Shown: positions 15,784 through 29,580 of the stretch, piece after piece
How the letters are laid out: every line of letters begins with the position of its first letter
Numbering within the stretch: the first letter of the stretch is position 1
Source of the DNA: Trichosphaerium sp. ATCC 40318
Taxonomy: Eukaryota > Protista > Tubulinea
NCBI GenBank assembly: GCA_038496445.1
Contig: JALMLS010000269.1
Location: 1 to 49,592, forward strand
Length of the DNA: 49,592 nt
Direction of reading: 5' to 3'
Notes under the pieces: model-generated
Seen by the model: the letters and a program-made list of their open reading frames with translations, nothing else
Told to the model about the DNA's origin: nothing
Database searches by the model: none
Translations under genes and position numbers: made by a program

Positions 15784-16993
15784 ATGAGAATGAACGGATT
15801 ATTTCTTGCTTTCTTATGTCTATGCGCACTTGTATCACTAGTATCAGCTCATGGACGTCTTACAGTACCTGAAACAAGGGACGTACAAAACGGTAGACGT
15901 AGAGACCAACAACATGCCCCAGTATTCCTTCAAAACGGCGATTGGGTATCAGGACACGTGTGCAGAGATCTTCCTTTTGTCGGCTCGACAGCAACTTACC
16001 AAGCCGGAGGAACTTACTCAACAGAATGGTTCTTCGAAGCTAATCATCCTGGAGATTGCTTTTTCTACCTCTCCTTCGACAATGAACAAACATGGGCTAA
16101 AATCGCCGAGATTCGCGACTGCCACCTTATAAGCGGATGGGATATGACAATACCTTCATGGGTTCCTAGCGGTCCTGCAGTACTTCGTTGGGAATGGTAT
16201 GCTCTTCAACAAGTCATCAATGTTGAGCACTATCTTCAATGTGCCGACATCACGATTACAGGAGGAAACACAGGAGCTGTTGCTTGGACCCCAGTCGTCA
16301 CTATTCCTGGTCACCTTCCTTTGGATGCCAGTGGTTACAGACTTGTATACGATGTAAACGCACCTTTCTTCTTCACTGGACCTGCAGTAGCACAATACAT
16401 TTCTGGCGGTACAACACCACCACCGCCACCACCTACAATGGGAACTCCACCAACAATGGGAAGTACTCCACCTCCACCACCAACAATGGGAAGCACTCCA
16501 CCACCTCCACCAACAATGGGAAGTACACCTACACCATCTGGTAACGCTTTCTGTCCAACAATTTCAAACGTTGAAATCAACAGTACGTAGCGCTTTCTCT
16601 TTTTTGTTTTTCTGCCTTTATTCTTGAAATTTATTTCGTTTAGACTGGGGTAGTGGTATGAACGTCGTTGTCTACCTCACAGCACCAACAAGTGGCGCAC
16701 CAATTACATCTGTCAGAGTAAGACAAGTATCTCCAGGTGGCGCTACAACAGACAACTGTTGGTCATCAACTGGCGCAGTCACCTCTGCATCTGCAACTGA
16801 AACTGGCACTAAATTCGTACGTTCTTTTTTCTAAAACAACTTCTTTTTGAATTCCACTGACTTTGTTCTTTAGATCAGCTTGTACAATCCTTGGGTAGCA
16901 GGTAGTGCGATTCCTATACTTGGTTGCGCATGGAGTGTTGGTGACAACAACATTGCCGTATCTGTAATTGAAGTAAACGGCAATGCTTGTTAG
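15784..16993 (+). CDS. Lytic polysaccharide monooxygenase-like protein + P/T linker + CBM2-like module
   Basis: Signal peptide ends VSA|H (His-brace H1); second His in ANHPG; LRWEW; EHYLQCADI (axial Tyr); C-terminal module C..WGSG....VNGNAC over 3 exons. Confidence 0.85.
16417..16530 (+). repeat. Coding minisatellite (PPTMGST) in LPMO linker
   Basis: Four copies of ccaacaatggga(agt)ac-like units. Confidence 0.85.
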
Positions 16994-17355
16994 AAGCGAA
17001 GTTTTTTTCATAATAAACACAACATTTTTTACCCTAACTTGACTTCACAGTTTTTTAGTACTGTTTGTTGCCTTTTGTTTATTAAAACAAGTACAATAAA
17101 AGTACGACCCCCTAATTGTTTTCGCGAGGAACTTAGTCAGAACATATCGCTGTTTCATGTGGAAACAGTTTATTACGTAGACCTTGTGGAACCTTGTGGA
17201 TGTTTATTGTACATAGCTTTTTTTTTCTCATCTGTACATCATTTTAAGACTAATTCTACAATTCCCATGAAATTCGTTTTCTACGAGTAACTTCCATACT
17301 TTTACGCCTCTTTGGATCTTAAAAATGGATTAGCACGTGTGAAGTAAGTAAAGGA

Positions 17356-20300
17356 TTACAACTTTGGCAATTGAAGCCTAAAGTTGTACAGCGATAGTTC
17401 ACGTGTCATTTGTCGTTTCGTTTTTTTTAAAGTCGTACCTTTTTTCTTAATGAACGCATTGTACAAGTTTTTCAGTTGCCATTTCACGTGCGTTGTAGCT
17501 TCTTTGAATATATCACGAGATGATAATGTAACGTCACGCATATTTGATTTTATTCTTGACGTTATATCTCTATTAAATTGTATGAAAGAATCTGATTTGT
17601 TATCATCTATAAAAGTTCTGAATATTCTCTTTGCTGCTCCACATACACTTGCTTTGTCTTTATAAGCTGTTTGATAGTATGTATTAACCTGCATGAGAAA
17701 GTCTAGAAGAGATTCTTGACGCTTGGTAGCGAGGAATGCCCGGAATTTGTTATAAAGGTCTTTGTTCTGTACGAGTTTGCTTAAATGGAACTTTAGCAGT
17801 TTTGGCTGAGGAGAACTTGACTTTTTTCTTTGTCTCTGTGCGCTCTTCGCTTCACTAATCTGTAATAGTTGTAGTAAAGATTCTTGATTATAAGCGATTG
17901 TAGCAAAGACAGTAATATTGCCGAGATATTCGAGGAGTTTCTTGTTTGACTTGAACTTGTATGAAACTTTTTGGCATTTTAGAATATCACTGAACACCAA
18001 GCCTAGGCAAGACATTTTTTCCCAATTCACTATTTTACCTTCATTGCGAATATAATCAGGTTCTTCTTCAATAACCGTAAGATCGCTCAGAATAATTCCT
18101 ACAGCAGTGTGAATGCACGCCAAAATAATGAAGTGAACAGAAAAAGCATACTTTGGTATGGAACGCAGGGAGGTTTCAAGTCTTTTAGCGTATTCCTATA
18201 AACTAAAGACGAATGATCTTGTGTCATTAGTTGATAGCACGTGTTCAATATAGTAAGGTACTTCCCAGGAATGTCCTTTAAAAAAATTCACGTGATAAGC
18301 ACAAAACCAAAGCGTGATTAAAAAATGAACTTACTTTCCAAAGTTTTTGAAGTCCTTGTACCACAGGCTTATTTATTCCAGTGTAAACCTGCATTAAGCC
18401 TTCGTACGAATAAGTTGGGCTTATGAATGAACGCATTAATAAGCGTACCTTGAAAGTTCTGTAGTTGGCGTAAAGTGTCCATCAAAGATATGAACTTCAT
18501 TATTTTTGTAGTTCTGTTTCTTCTATTTGTCGATAGAACAATCTCACTGGCCACCCAATTGCTCATTTGATCGAATCTTCTCATAATACTAATCCAATTT
18601 AATATGACAACAGAAAGGTCCAAAAGTTAAAGTTTACGCTCGTATGGCTTTGCGCCCAGTGCTTTCTGCAGAAGCAATAGATTCTTCTTCGCAGTTATTA
18701 TTATTGTATCGATAATAGTCTGGAATTTTGACTTCCTAGTACTTATCAGCAACGTTAGCGTAAGTGATGTTTATACCCTGAATAGCGAATGGTCTATTAG
18801 TGTCATGTGATGAGCTAGAGTTGTCGTGTCTTCATTTAAAAAGTTAAACTTTTTTGATACATGAGGTTCAGGTATTTCTATATTCCAGTCCATCTCGGTC
18901 TTATAAAGTTCTTGTTGATTACTCTAAAATCAATAGAGTTTAATTTACGAATAAAACAAGTATACGCTTACTGTACAATACATGAGAATTTTGTTCACAT
19001 GTGACGCTTCCTTCTAAATACAGCAGTTAAATAAAAACTAGCAAAAAACTACATCGGAAGTGGGAAGGAGTTTCATCGATGTTTGTTGCTACGTACGCTA
19101 TTTTCATTTGCTAAAAGTTCGTAAAATAGAAGCATAGCGCCATCAACCTTTTCCCACTGCGAAATCGCCCGTAGCGTGAAGTATTTTAGTTCGATCCATT
19201 TTTTTAGAACATTTATTATTCTGTAAACAATCACGGTTAGCGCCTCTTGGTATCACGTGGATAAAGCTTTTTTGTTAGACGTTAAAAAAAAAAGAGTTGT
19301 ACCGAAGTTGTACAGCTTTAACTTCTTGTTCTCCCTTAGCACGTTTGAGAAGCTTTGAAGGATAGCGGTAGCTATAAGAATCAAGGGGTAAATCGTACTC
19401 AAAATACTGCAAAAAGAAGTTCAAAACAAAAAAGACAAGGTGAGGATACTGATCAAACAATCTATGTAAGAAATCTACAGGCGAAATAAAATAGTCATGA
19501 GTTAGCGAGAATGTTGTTATATACTTCATATCTAAGCGTATATTATGACAAAACAGCGTCTAAAAATAAAGCTAACCTTGGTATTCACTTTGGTTGGCTA
19601 ATCTTCCTATTAAATCATCTACAGAAGCTGTTTGAACAGCTATACTATTCCGAGACATAGCATATCGTTTCCTCTCCATTAATGAAGGAGAGGCGCTACT
19701 GTTTGTCCAATCTAGGAGAAAATTATAACTACAAAAAAAAACACCACGTGTTTCGCGCTAATAGTTTTACACGATCAACCATACCCTCCGGAACATCAGT
19801 TAAAACATCCTCGCGGCTTCCAGTATATGACTTTATTGAAGTCATTGAGCTGCTTCCAGATAAAAACCCTCCACGCAAAGACCCGTTACTGCTCCCTGGC
19901 GTGAGGCTTAAATTAGGAATCAAGTCTATGAATAGCAAATAAGTTTTAATACTTCACAACCGTGACTTAGCTTCACCTACCTTTTATTTCGTTGAAATCA
20001 GGTCTCCCGTCTGGTTTCTGCTTCCAGCATCGTTTTATAAAGCGTTTCCAATCTCTGGGACAGTGTTTAGATATTTCTGGTCTTCTACCTTTTGAAATCT
20101 AGCCAGCCTATAAGTCACGTGATTGTCATGAACAAGTACCAAGTGAGTCCACGAGAATGAGCTGAAATCACTATAAGGTGGGCTTTTCGCCCACACCTCA
20201 GCCATGAGAATACCAAAAGCATAGACGTCAACTGCTGGTGCAAAAAGTACAGGTTCATTTGCTGTCTTTTGTAGCGTTTCGGGTGGCATACATCCAAAGT

Positions 20301-21384
20301 GGCCTGTAGATGCCGTAAAACTATTGTAAAATAATTGTGTTAATTCTCTATTGGTTAGGAACTGTTACGTACATTGAAGAGTGGTTATGTTGTAGCGATT
20401 TACTTAGACCATAATCTGTTATGCGTATGTGAATTCCACTTGTTTCTTCGTACTTTTATTGTGTGGTATATTTAGTTAAAGATATTTACTTATACACGTG
20501 TCCATACCATAATGTTTCCGCTGTGTAGGTTTCTTCGAAACATTAGATTTAAGAAAAAAAAACACAATATTTTTGTGCCTGTGTACAATCCCTTTAGAAT
20601 GAAGGAACGCCATGCCATCCGCTATTTGAAGGCCAATCTTTATTGAATTGTTAGTGGTACGGCGTGAGATATGTTAAATTAATAAAATGGGGATGTACTA
20701 TGTTAGCATCTTCGCCAGTCATGTCACCTTCGTATCTCGATAAATATTTTTGCAAGTTGCCTCCTTTATAATACTCTGTGATTAAATAGAGTCTTCTCTT
20801 TTTGTACAGGCATACGCCTAGAAACTGAGAAACGTGTGGATGCGTCAACTTCCTGAATAAATAGACTAGGTTATTCGGAAATTGCTGTTTGCTCTTTTTT
20901 TTTTAACATTTCGACAAAATTGGAGTTTTTACCCACTAATAAATTGGGATTGTACTTCTTGAGCGTACCTACACATGTCTAGATCTAACACAATATCTTC
21001 TAGTGAGTTCTTTTTTTCTAACACCAAATCGTGCGTATCAATCTTCTTTACAGCCACTTGAATACCTTTTAATTAAATTAACACCTTACAACACAAAAAA
21101 TCCAACGAAAATTATCTGACCTAATAAAAAACACTAGTGTTTGCTGAAAAACGTGACAAATCACGTTTTTATTACACTACTTCTACAGCATCACGTCTTG
21201 TTTTTAGTCACGTGCCTTTTGGTTTCCATTTCATTATGCAGGTCGTGCCGTACGCGCCTTTACCCAATTGTTGCATGTTATCTAAATCTAATTGCGTTGT
21301 TGGTATTTGTTGTACTTTTTGCATCCTTGGTCGATTTCTCACTTTCGTTCTACCCGCAGGCTCGCTTTTTATACCATGGGACAT
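17356..21384 (-). CDS. TKL-type (pseudo)kinase - RasGEF_N - RasGEF - RGS multidomain protein
   Basis: LGKGAYG, VAVKK, HRNLHSGN, TDYG, DVYAFGI; REM domain (FSLTHDYFISP..FL..L); CDC25 domain (FDQMSNWVASEIV, LQNF, PPCVPY..LSDLTVIEE, VNWEK); RGS-like KFRAFL..ESLLDFL..AKRIFRTFI..IFKEA. Confidence 0.85.
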
Positions 21385-21762
21385 TATACGCTACTGTTAG
21401 AAAATAACCAGGCGATAACAAGTTGTGAAAGTGTAGAAAAAACGCTTCAACTTTAAAGGTAAGGTCGATTAGTATGTGACTAACTTAACGCACTATCAGA
21501 GCAATAACGCTTTTAATACTCACCCACGTGATACAACTCGTCAGGGATAACCTAACACTAAATCGCAGTAAGCAACGAAAAAAAAGTTCATAGAGTTATG
21601 ATACAATCAACGAGATTATGCGTAACGCCATGCGAATGCTTATAAATTGTCTAGGGTTCTCAGAAACGAGTTTTGTTGAACACAATTCTACCTTACTTCA
21701 ATCATTGCCTTAACCCTTGAATAGTAGTTAAAGGTGCTAAAAAGCACGTAGTGATTCGCAAG

Positions 21763-24700
21763 ATGGTACGTAAACCACATGCCGATCATAAAGGAACTAT
21801 TTTCTGCAGACCTCTACATTGCCAATTTCATTATGCGTTGGGTGGTTCTATACGCTCATAATGCGCAGTTAGCGCTTTGCGCTTGCTGTTATTAATTTTT
21901 TTTAAATAGCAACAAGCCATAGTACAGCCAAACAAGGGCCTTACCGAGCTACAAATAGCGGAGGTAAAGAAAGCCTTTGCTATGTGCGACCAAGATGGAA
22001 ATGGCGTAATAGACGCCACAGAATTACGTGTGCTCGTAAAATCAATTTTGGGCGACCCACAAGAGTCAGAGTTTCAAAGTATTTTAAAAGCTGTTGACAA
22101 GGACGGCAACGGAGTAAGTTTATTACAATCACTTTTTAAATGCTATCAGGGCTGTTATAGATTGATTTAAATCAAATTACGACAAAAACACAATCAATTG
22201 GCGGTCTTTTTTATCTTAAGTTCATCCTCTTAGCAGATATACAACGTTTTATGGCGTATTTATTGCTATTAGATCATTGAATGGCCAGAATTCTTGAGCG
22301 CGATGCAAGATTGGTTAAAAGCAGATGCAGAAACTCAACCAGCGTCAAAACGCAGGAAGATAAAACAAGCCGATGTACTACCATCTGTACCCTTGCAAAA
22401 CAAAGAAATTCTCCACATGATTTTTTTTTGCTGAGCTTTTTTTTTGTTTTTCTTTCTTTCCTTGTGTGTCAGAGAACTAACGTATACGTGTAGCAAAGGA
22501 CTGATATACATCAACAAATTAAAGGATTCTTTGGTCAATTCAGACAAGGAGAAAACTACGAGAGGATAAGGTAAGAGAGAAAGACATTTTGGCTTTTTTT
22601 TTTTTGACTTTCCTTTTTTGATTAGAGCAAACTTGGCGTTGTATGGATCTGATACTGTCAATACAAGTACGGTTTTGTGGTTATAGTATTTAAAGAAACT
22701 AACAGTATCTAGAACAACAAGATGCTCGTCTTAGAGCTCAATACCATATAAGTCAGAGTCCACAAGCAAAGGTAAACTACTTTGTTTCAGCTTAAACTTT
22801 TTACCTTTCTAAACGTTGTTGTAGCTCAGCTTTCTACAAGAATATCGAGAAACATTAAACAATAAATGGGGTGGTATAGTCGAAGCAATTTGTAGTAATT
22901 CCCCTGAGCGTGCGACACAAGGCATGACTATTTTAGCTCAATTGCTCAGTGTTGTTGAAGTACGGAGAATAAACAACATACTCAGTTACCTTGTTTCCTC
23001 ATGATAAAATATAGGTATTTGATTCTCCTATACAACGACGTGGTGTAGCAAGCGAAATCGGAACACTATTCAACATGTTGATTGAATCTAACTTGGCTCA
23101 GAAATGCTTGACATTTCTACGTGAAACAAGTTATCCAGAATTACAGGTAGGCTTTCTCAAAGTTTTATTATCTTTGAGCTGATTTATTGTACTAGTATCT
23201 AGCACTAAAGTGTATCAGTTACTTTGCACCAGGCCCTCGTATTGCATCAACACCAGAGAATTCACGTCATCACCCAGCGGCTATGTACTACAAGAAATTC
23301 ATTATAATTGAAGGAGGTGTACTTAATATTTTGAACCTTCTTCAAAGTAATGTACCAAAGGTGGTCGAAGAGGTATGTTATTTTTATGTTTATATATGAA
23401 CTCACGTCCCCCAGGCGGTTGTTTGTATAAGTGCAATAGCCTCTGATGATCCAGATTGTCGTGATTTAATGTTGCGTACAAATGCAGTACCTCTATTGGG
23501 AAGGTTAGTGTATTGCCACATTAATAACATCTCAATTTACTGTTAGGCTTGTACTGCCAAATGCTGGCGTCTCGATTCTTCGCAAGCTTAGTTGGACGTT
23601 TAGTGTGTTAGCAGGTGTAACACATCCAAGTACTAGGTAATCAAATCACACCGTGCTCATTAACTGACATACCTTTAGACCTCCAAAATGGGAAGTTGTT
23701 AGACCTATTTGTCAATTTGCAACCAAGTTGCTATTTTGTGAAGATACCATCATAGTTGGGAATGCTTTAAAGACCCTTAGTCTTATTTTACCGGGAATGG
23801 CTCCTGATGCAGGCATTATTAGACGTATCATTAGTCTCCTTCGGTACGAGCCTTCACATGTTGTTTGTTTGGTTTGACAGAGATTTCTAGTGTCCGTGAG
23901 AGAGTTCCAATACATTTAATTGTTTGTTGCTTGGGCGTTGTAGCAGATTTGGCTAGGTTTGATACACAATTAACAGGGATCCTGTTGCAACATGGATTAC
24001 TCAAAGAACTGCAATTACTCTTGCGAAGCAAACATGAAGGTATAAAAAGACACGTGGCAGTTTTTGTTATTGACTCTATTTTTGTCAAGATGTTCGCCTT
24101 CGTAGTTGTGATGTTGTTATTGTTTTGGCCAACTTACGCGGTCAAATACAAGTACGACACTTCTGATTCGACTATTAAACTGACTAGCCCTTAGCCACTA
24201 TTTACTGAGCGTATTGTTGATGGTATAATCGCACTTGTTGGATTGAGTACGACTGATACATTTTATCTAAATGAGGTTTTCTAATACCACTTTCTTAGAC
24301 GATGAGGTTACAAGAGCGAAGCTAGTGAAAGTACTCAAGTTTGTCACTCGAGGAACACCAAGTCAGATAAGGTATGCTTTAATTAAAACCGACCCAAGGC
24401 AGATGTCTTAACATGAATAACTTTAGATACCTTGTTGATAAAGACATTATTCGTATCTTGTGCAGATTGTTTAATCATTTCAAATCATACGACTCTGTCT
24501 TAAGTGATGTGTATAAATATGTTCGTGCAACCTTTAACTTTGAGTTCATACGTGATACTCTCACTGCTCTGGAGAATATTTTGAATATTGGTGAAATGGA
24601 GGTAAGGATATAACTGAACGAATGATTTTCATTTTCTTTTTGATGATTTTTCTTTTGGGCTTGGTTTGACTTTTGTCATTTTTCAGTAATGTATATTTAT

Positions 24701-27123
24701 TCTTGGTCAACTTTAGTTTACTGTAGCGCTAATTTTAAAATAGGCAGAGGGTACTGGAATGAATAAATACGCGTTGAAGTTTGACATGGAGTGTATTGAT
24801 AAAATGAAGTACGTAACCAAAACTTGGCCTCAAGCTCTCTTTCTTTTTGTGTTATGAGAGTTATTTGTATTTTCTTTCTAACGATAATTTAGGAATGTGT
24901 TGGATATCATACGTTTGAATAAAAAGACAGATGTTGGTAAGTTCTATAAACGATTTCTTAAAAAAATAGTGAACCTAATCTTTTCGTTTAGATTCTTGGC
25001 GTCAGAGGCTTCCTGGAGAGATGTCAGTACGTGATACATTGTAATTGAGTTGAATACAATGACATACACAGTCTATTTTTTAAGGAGGCGGCCTTGTGTT
25101 TGACGTTTGTTCTAAACTAAGGGAACTAATTATTGTTAGGTTGAGGCCAAGATTCAATCATTATTCTATAAAATTAGAATGGTTTACGTCCATTGTCGCA
25201 ATGATCCTGAGTCTCTTCCTATTATTAAAATGATAGAAGCGTCTTGGAAAGACCACTTTGAACAAAAACTTCCTGACAAGCCTGTCGTTCCTAAGGTAAC
25301 AGAAAAAGAGACAACAAACTCCTATTTTTTTCTCTTTCTAATCAATCCTGAAGGTTATCCTAAAATGTATTCTTGATGAGGATATTCGTGTTGTAGAAGT
25401 AAAGGAAAATATAAAATTCGAGAAACTAAAAGCTGGTTTACAAAGGAAATACAACAAGGAACTCACAATACAGTACAAGGTACAATACAACAGTTTTCGA
25501 GAACAAGAACCAAAGAAACTTGTTTTTAATCAACATCTTCTTACTGCTTTTGTTCAGGATAATGAGGGCGATCTTATCACTATTGATGGTGACGGTGTTT
25601 TGCGGAAGGCCTTCACTATCAGGACTGGTTCTACTACCGTAAAATTGTTCCTCAAAGACAACAAATCTGCAAAAGGTGATCTTTTTTATGAAGAATCAAA
25701 TGCAGAAGCTTTGGATAGTGATGATGATCAGTTTGATATGATCGGTACATATTCATCTTTCCCATACTTTAACCGTATACTCATTACTTTTTTTAAGTGA
25801 GACGTGCCAAAAATAAACCAACACAAACTCCTGAAAATCCTACTTTTGGAGATTTGTTTTCATCTCAGAGTAGCATGGATATCTCAAGCAATTCTGTAGG
25901 CAGTAGCCAATCTCTTTTCTCTTCAGGTACTGTTAGTAAGTCTAAGACTACTCCACCAAAGTTAAAGAGAGAGCCGAGTATGAATTGGCTCACTGCTTCA
26001 GCCTTGCCTCCTGCAGACAGTCCGTAAGTGCAATTTTTAGAAAGTAGATATTTCTTACCTCTTTCTCTTTTTTGTTGCCTTCAATTTTATTCATTCTCTA
26101 TCTAGTACCCGCCCTAAGAAGAGATCCAGAGATGGAGAGGTTAAGGAAGATAATAATATGTCTATCAGCATGTCTACTGGAACCGCAACTCCATCGCCTT
26201 CTATGGGTAAAACAAAAATAGTATTCGGTTTGAGTTTCCGTAATCATATTTTAGGTAACTCGACTGACAGCTTTTCTGCTGGATTAGAAGATATAAAAGC
26301 TATACAAAAAATGGGCGTATTGCAGAGTTTAGAAGATGCTACAAAGTGTAAGTAAATCACAACAAGCAGCTACATAGTTCTTGTAAACGTCAAAGCACAA
26401 CTAATACAGCTGTGTAGTTGACAAAAAACAATTGGATGATCTGTACGATCAATGGGAAGGACAGGCTGACGATAATGGCCTCTTGGATAGAAAAGCATTC
26501 GAGAAGGGTTTAGAGCAGATGGGTATCACAGGTACGTCCCAAAAAGGGACAAATATGAAAGGCGCACAAATAAGTTTGTTAATAGAAAATCTTAGATCCT
26601 TTACTTATTGATCAGAACTTTGCTGCATTTGATGAAGATAAGAGCGGACAAATTGATTTTAAAGAGTTTGTTGTTGGGTTATCTGTATTGTTGCATGGTT
26701 CAACTGAAGAAAGACTTTTATGTACGTAGTGTTAAAGCAACCGGTCTAAGGGGTTTTTTTCTCTTTTTTTTTGGTTCAAAAGAAAACTGATGTTTGTTGT
26801 CTTACTGTTGATTTAGTTATGTTCCGTGCATATGATACTGCAGGCGAAGGCTACTTAACAAGACAAAATGTTGGTAAAATATTCAGGGCAAGTCTAGCTT
26901 CACGTGGAACTAGGGTAGACGAAACCAAAATCGAGAAAATTGTACGATTGCTATATCTTACCAAGGTTTGTGTTCTCATTTTTTTTATTAGATTGATGAT
27001 GTATTCACAGCTATTGATACAAATAGTGATGGAAAGCTAGACTTTAATGAATTTAAAGATGCAGTTGATGCTAATCAATTGATGGTTAGTTGCCTTATAC
27101 AACTACCAACAGGCAGATCTTAA
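21763..27123 (+). CDS. Calmodulin-like EF-hand pair - importin-alpha-like ARM repeats - PB1 - recoverin/calcineurin-B-like EF-hands
   Basis: DQDGNGVIDATEL and DKDGNGIIEWPEF; ARM-like YPELQYLALKC, LRKLSWTFSVL, LTALENILNIGE; PB1 K..DIR...QYKDNEGDLITI; FDEDKSGQIDFKEF, YDTAGEG, DTNSDGKLDFNEF; start approximate. Confidence 0.8.
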
Positions 27124-27740
27124 CATTGGTTTCTTTTTTTTGTAAAAGCTGTTCAAAAACAAGCAAACGACGAAAAAATAAACAGCTTTTTGGGTACAAC
27201 TTTTGGTACCACGTTGATATTTAAATTAAGGATAACCTTGTTAAAAATCCATGCATGGAGTTGTAGCAACATTCGAATTTCTCTTTCCGTGTCGAACAAA
27301 TTGGAGCTACTGTAATGTCAGGCTCTGTACATTAATCATGTAGTTAGTTGTTAGTATAGTTTACGTTCGTTACCTGTTCGTAACCTCACATGTAAGTTAC
27401 ATTTCACTTTCATAATCCCTCAAACATCCTGATATCGACTCTGCTGTTCTTCTTTCTTGTGATTGTGTTTCCCGAAATCTGATTTGCTACTTAGAGTACT
27501 TGCAAACATCATAGAGGCTTACCAACCGCAAAAGGGCTTTCTCAATAAAAGCTCACAGATTGTGAAATAGATTGACAACGTTACCTAATTTATAAAACGA
27601 GCTTTCAAGAACACGTGATGCGCCCCTTACTTACTTTTTCTGTTATATTCTATGTTCTATGTTTGACAACTCAAGCTAACAGTACGCTCCAACAACCGAA
27701 AAAAAAATGACAATTTCACTTTTTAATCATTTCTGCATAG

Positions 27741-28495
27741 CTAAACGCAGTGTGGCTAGTACTACTGCTGTTTGTGAAAATGAGAAACGTATTGATCTTC
27801 CAAACGGAAGTAAGTACGTGGGGTGCTTTAAAGAAGACAAATTTGACGGTTTTGGCGTGTACACGTGGTCTGATGGTAAATTCTACCATGGAGCTTGGAA
27901 AAGCGGAGAACGCAACGGTTATGGCGTACTCACGTGGAAAACAGGCATGAGGTATGATGGAGAGTGGTTAGAAGGAAAATACCATGGTAAAGGATCTGTG
28001 ATTTACCCAGACGGCGAAAGTATAGAAGGTTATTGGGAACGAGGAGAATACAAGGGGAAAAAAAAAGAGCAAGAGGTAAGGGAAAAAAACACCCTTTCTA
28101 AGTTTGGAATTGCTTTAAACGCTATTTAGGATATTACTGGCGCTAACGACATAGGTAGTGATGGATATGATAGTACTCTGAAACTGTGGGTAAGCGTTTT
28201 ATCAGAGTTATCACCAAATCAACAACAGTTTGTTTACAATTTGTAGGTTTTAGGTCCACTTTTCTTGTTGATGTTTGTGTTCGGTTTGATGACTTTAAGA
28301 TCGTTTTTTATTCGAAGCAATAGAGTAAGTATTCCCAACGCTTCTCCTAAAACAGTACAGCCTATAAAGGAAGTGAAAAATGAGTCAAGTTTAAGTGATT
28401 CTAAGATCGAACCAGTTACTGAAAAACCAGATCTTACACATCTCTTCGAGACTTATGATTATATTCAAAAATTTCATAGTCTTAAAAATGAATAA
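27741..28495 (+). CDS. MORN-repeat protein (5' exons unresolved)
   Basis: Four MORN repeats Y.G.W..G...G.G..TW.DG in ORF 27707-28129. Confidence 0.8.
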
Positions 28496-29149
28496 AACAC
28501 AAGTCAAAAGAACAAAACAAACGAAGAACAATGAAGAAGAAAAAAAATGTACAAAATCAAATCAAAAAAAAAAAAAAGTAAATAAATCACGTGGTGAAGC
28601 AATTACTGTCAAAAATAATTGATAATATTACTAAAAGAACACTAAGTTATCCAAACATATATCGTTATGGTAATGTTATGGACATATTCTTTCAGACCTT
28701 ACAAGACTTGACAGTTCTGAGAGAACTAGCACAATGTGAATCTGTTTACATGTCACTAGTGTTTAGGATGCAGGCGCAATCAGCAATGTGTACCTGTCAC
28801 TTGACCCTTATGTACCTTAAGTGCAAGTAATGTTTCAATTGCAACGCAACGAAATAACTTAAGCAAAATGACCATAGGATTTTATCAGGTGCGCACGTAT
28901 ACGCTACACAAACCAAATAAAGCATCAAAGAGCTGAAGGGGAATAAAAAAAGGTACGAAGGCTTTTAGAATAACTACACGCTAACACAAACCATGCATTT
29001 ACGACACTCGCTAACGTGTTTGAGAAGTTTCTGTTCAAACCCAATCAGCACGGATTTACTTTCTTCCTTTGCTAACAGCTCTACCCTACGATGAAACGCA
29101 GGGCGCCCTCATGGTCAATCGCGACTTCGTAACTATTTCTCAGACAGCT

Positions 29150-29580
29150 TTGTGCCAATCCAAAGGTACGCATAACGTTGCGACACAAAAGCGCTCATGG
29201 TACCAACCGGCAGTAATACCACAAAGCCATCAGAGATTAAACTCATTATTAGGACTAGTAACTGAAAACATTAGGAGCTCAAAAATCTCTTCTGTAACCA
29301 ATTGCGTTGCTACTAGGTACTGTAAAGCGGAAGAGTCCAACATCTTCCTCAAGGATGGAATCACAATTGTATGTGTAAATGTTAAAGTCAGTTTTAGTAA
29401 ACCCAAAGTCATACGACACTCATCGCTTTGAATCTGGTTGGAAGTAGTGTTTGATCAACTCAATTGATTAGCCTTATCAACAGCCGCAAAATTATCATGA
29501 TAGAACTTGTTGTTGATTCATGAATTGCAAAACCATTGTTCAAATGCACAATTTTTCTCTAGGGTTTATCGTCCCAATTG
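29150..29580 (-). mobile_element. Possible decayed piggyBac-like transposase remnant
   Basis: Minus-strand peptides WDDK and FYHDNFAAVDKANQL..MTLGLLKLTLT, then Cys/His-containing LCG..W..FCVATLC..WH, broken by stops; resembles the piggyBac YN..MGGVD..DQ motif and C-terminal Cys-rich domain; no TIRs found. Confidence 0.3.
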
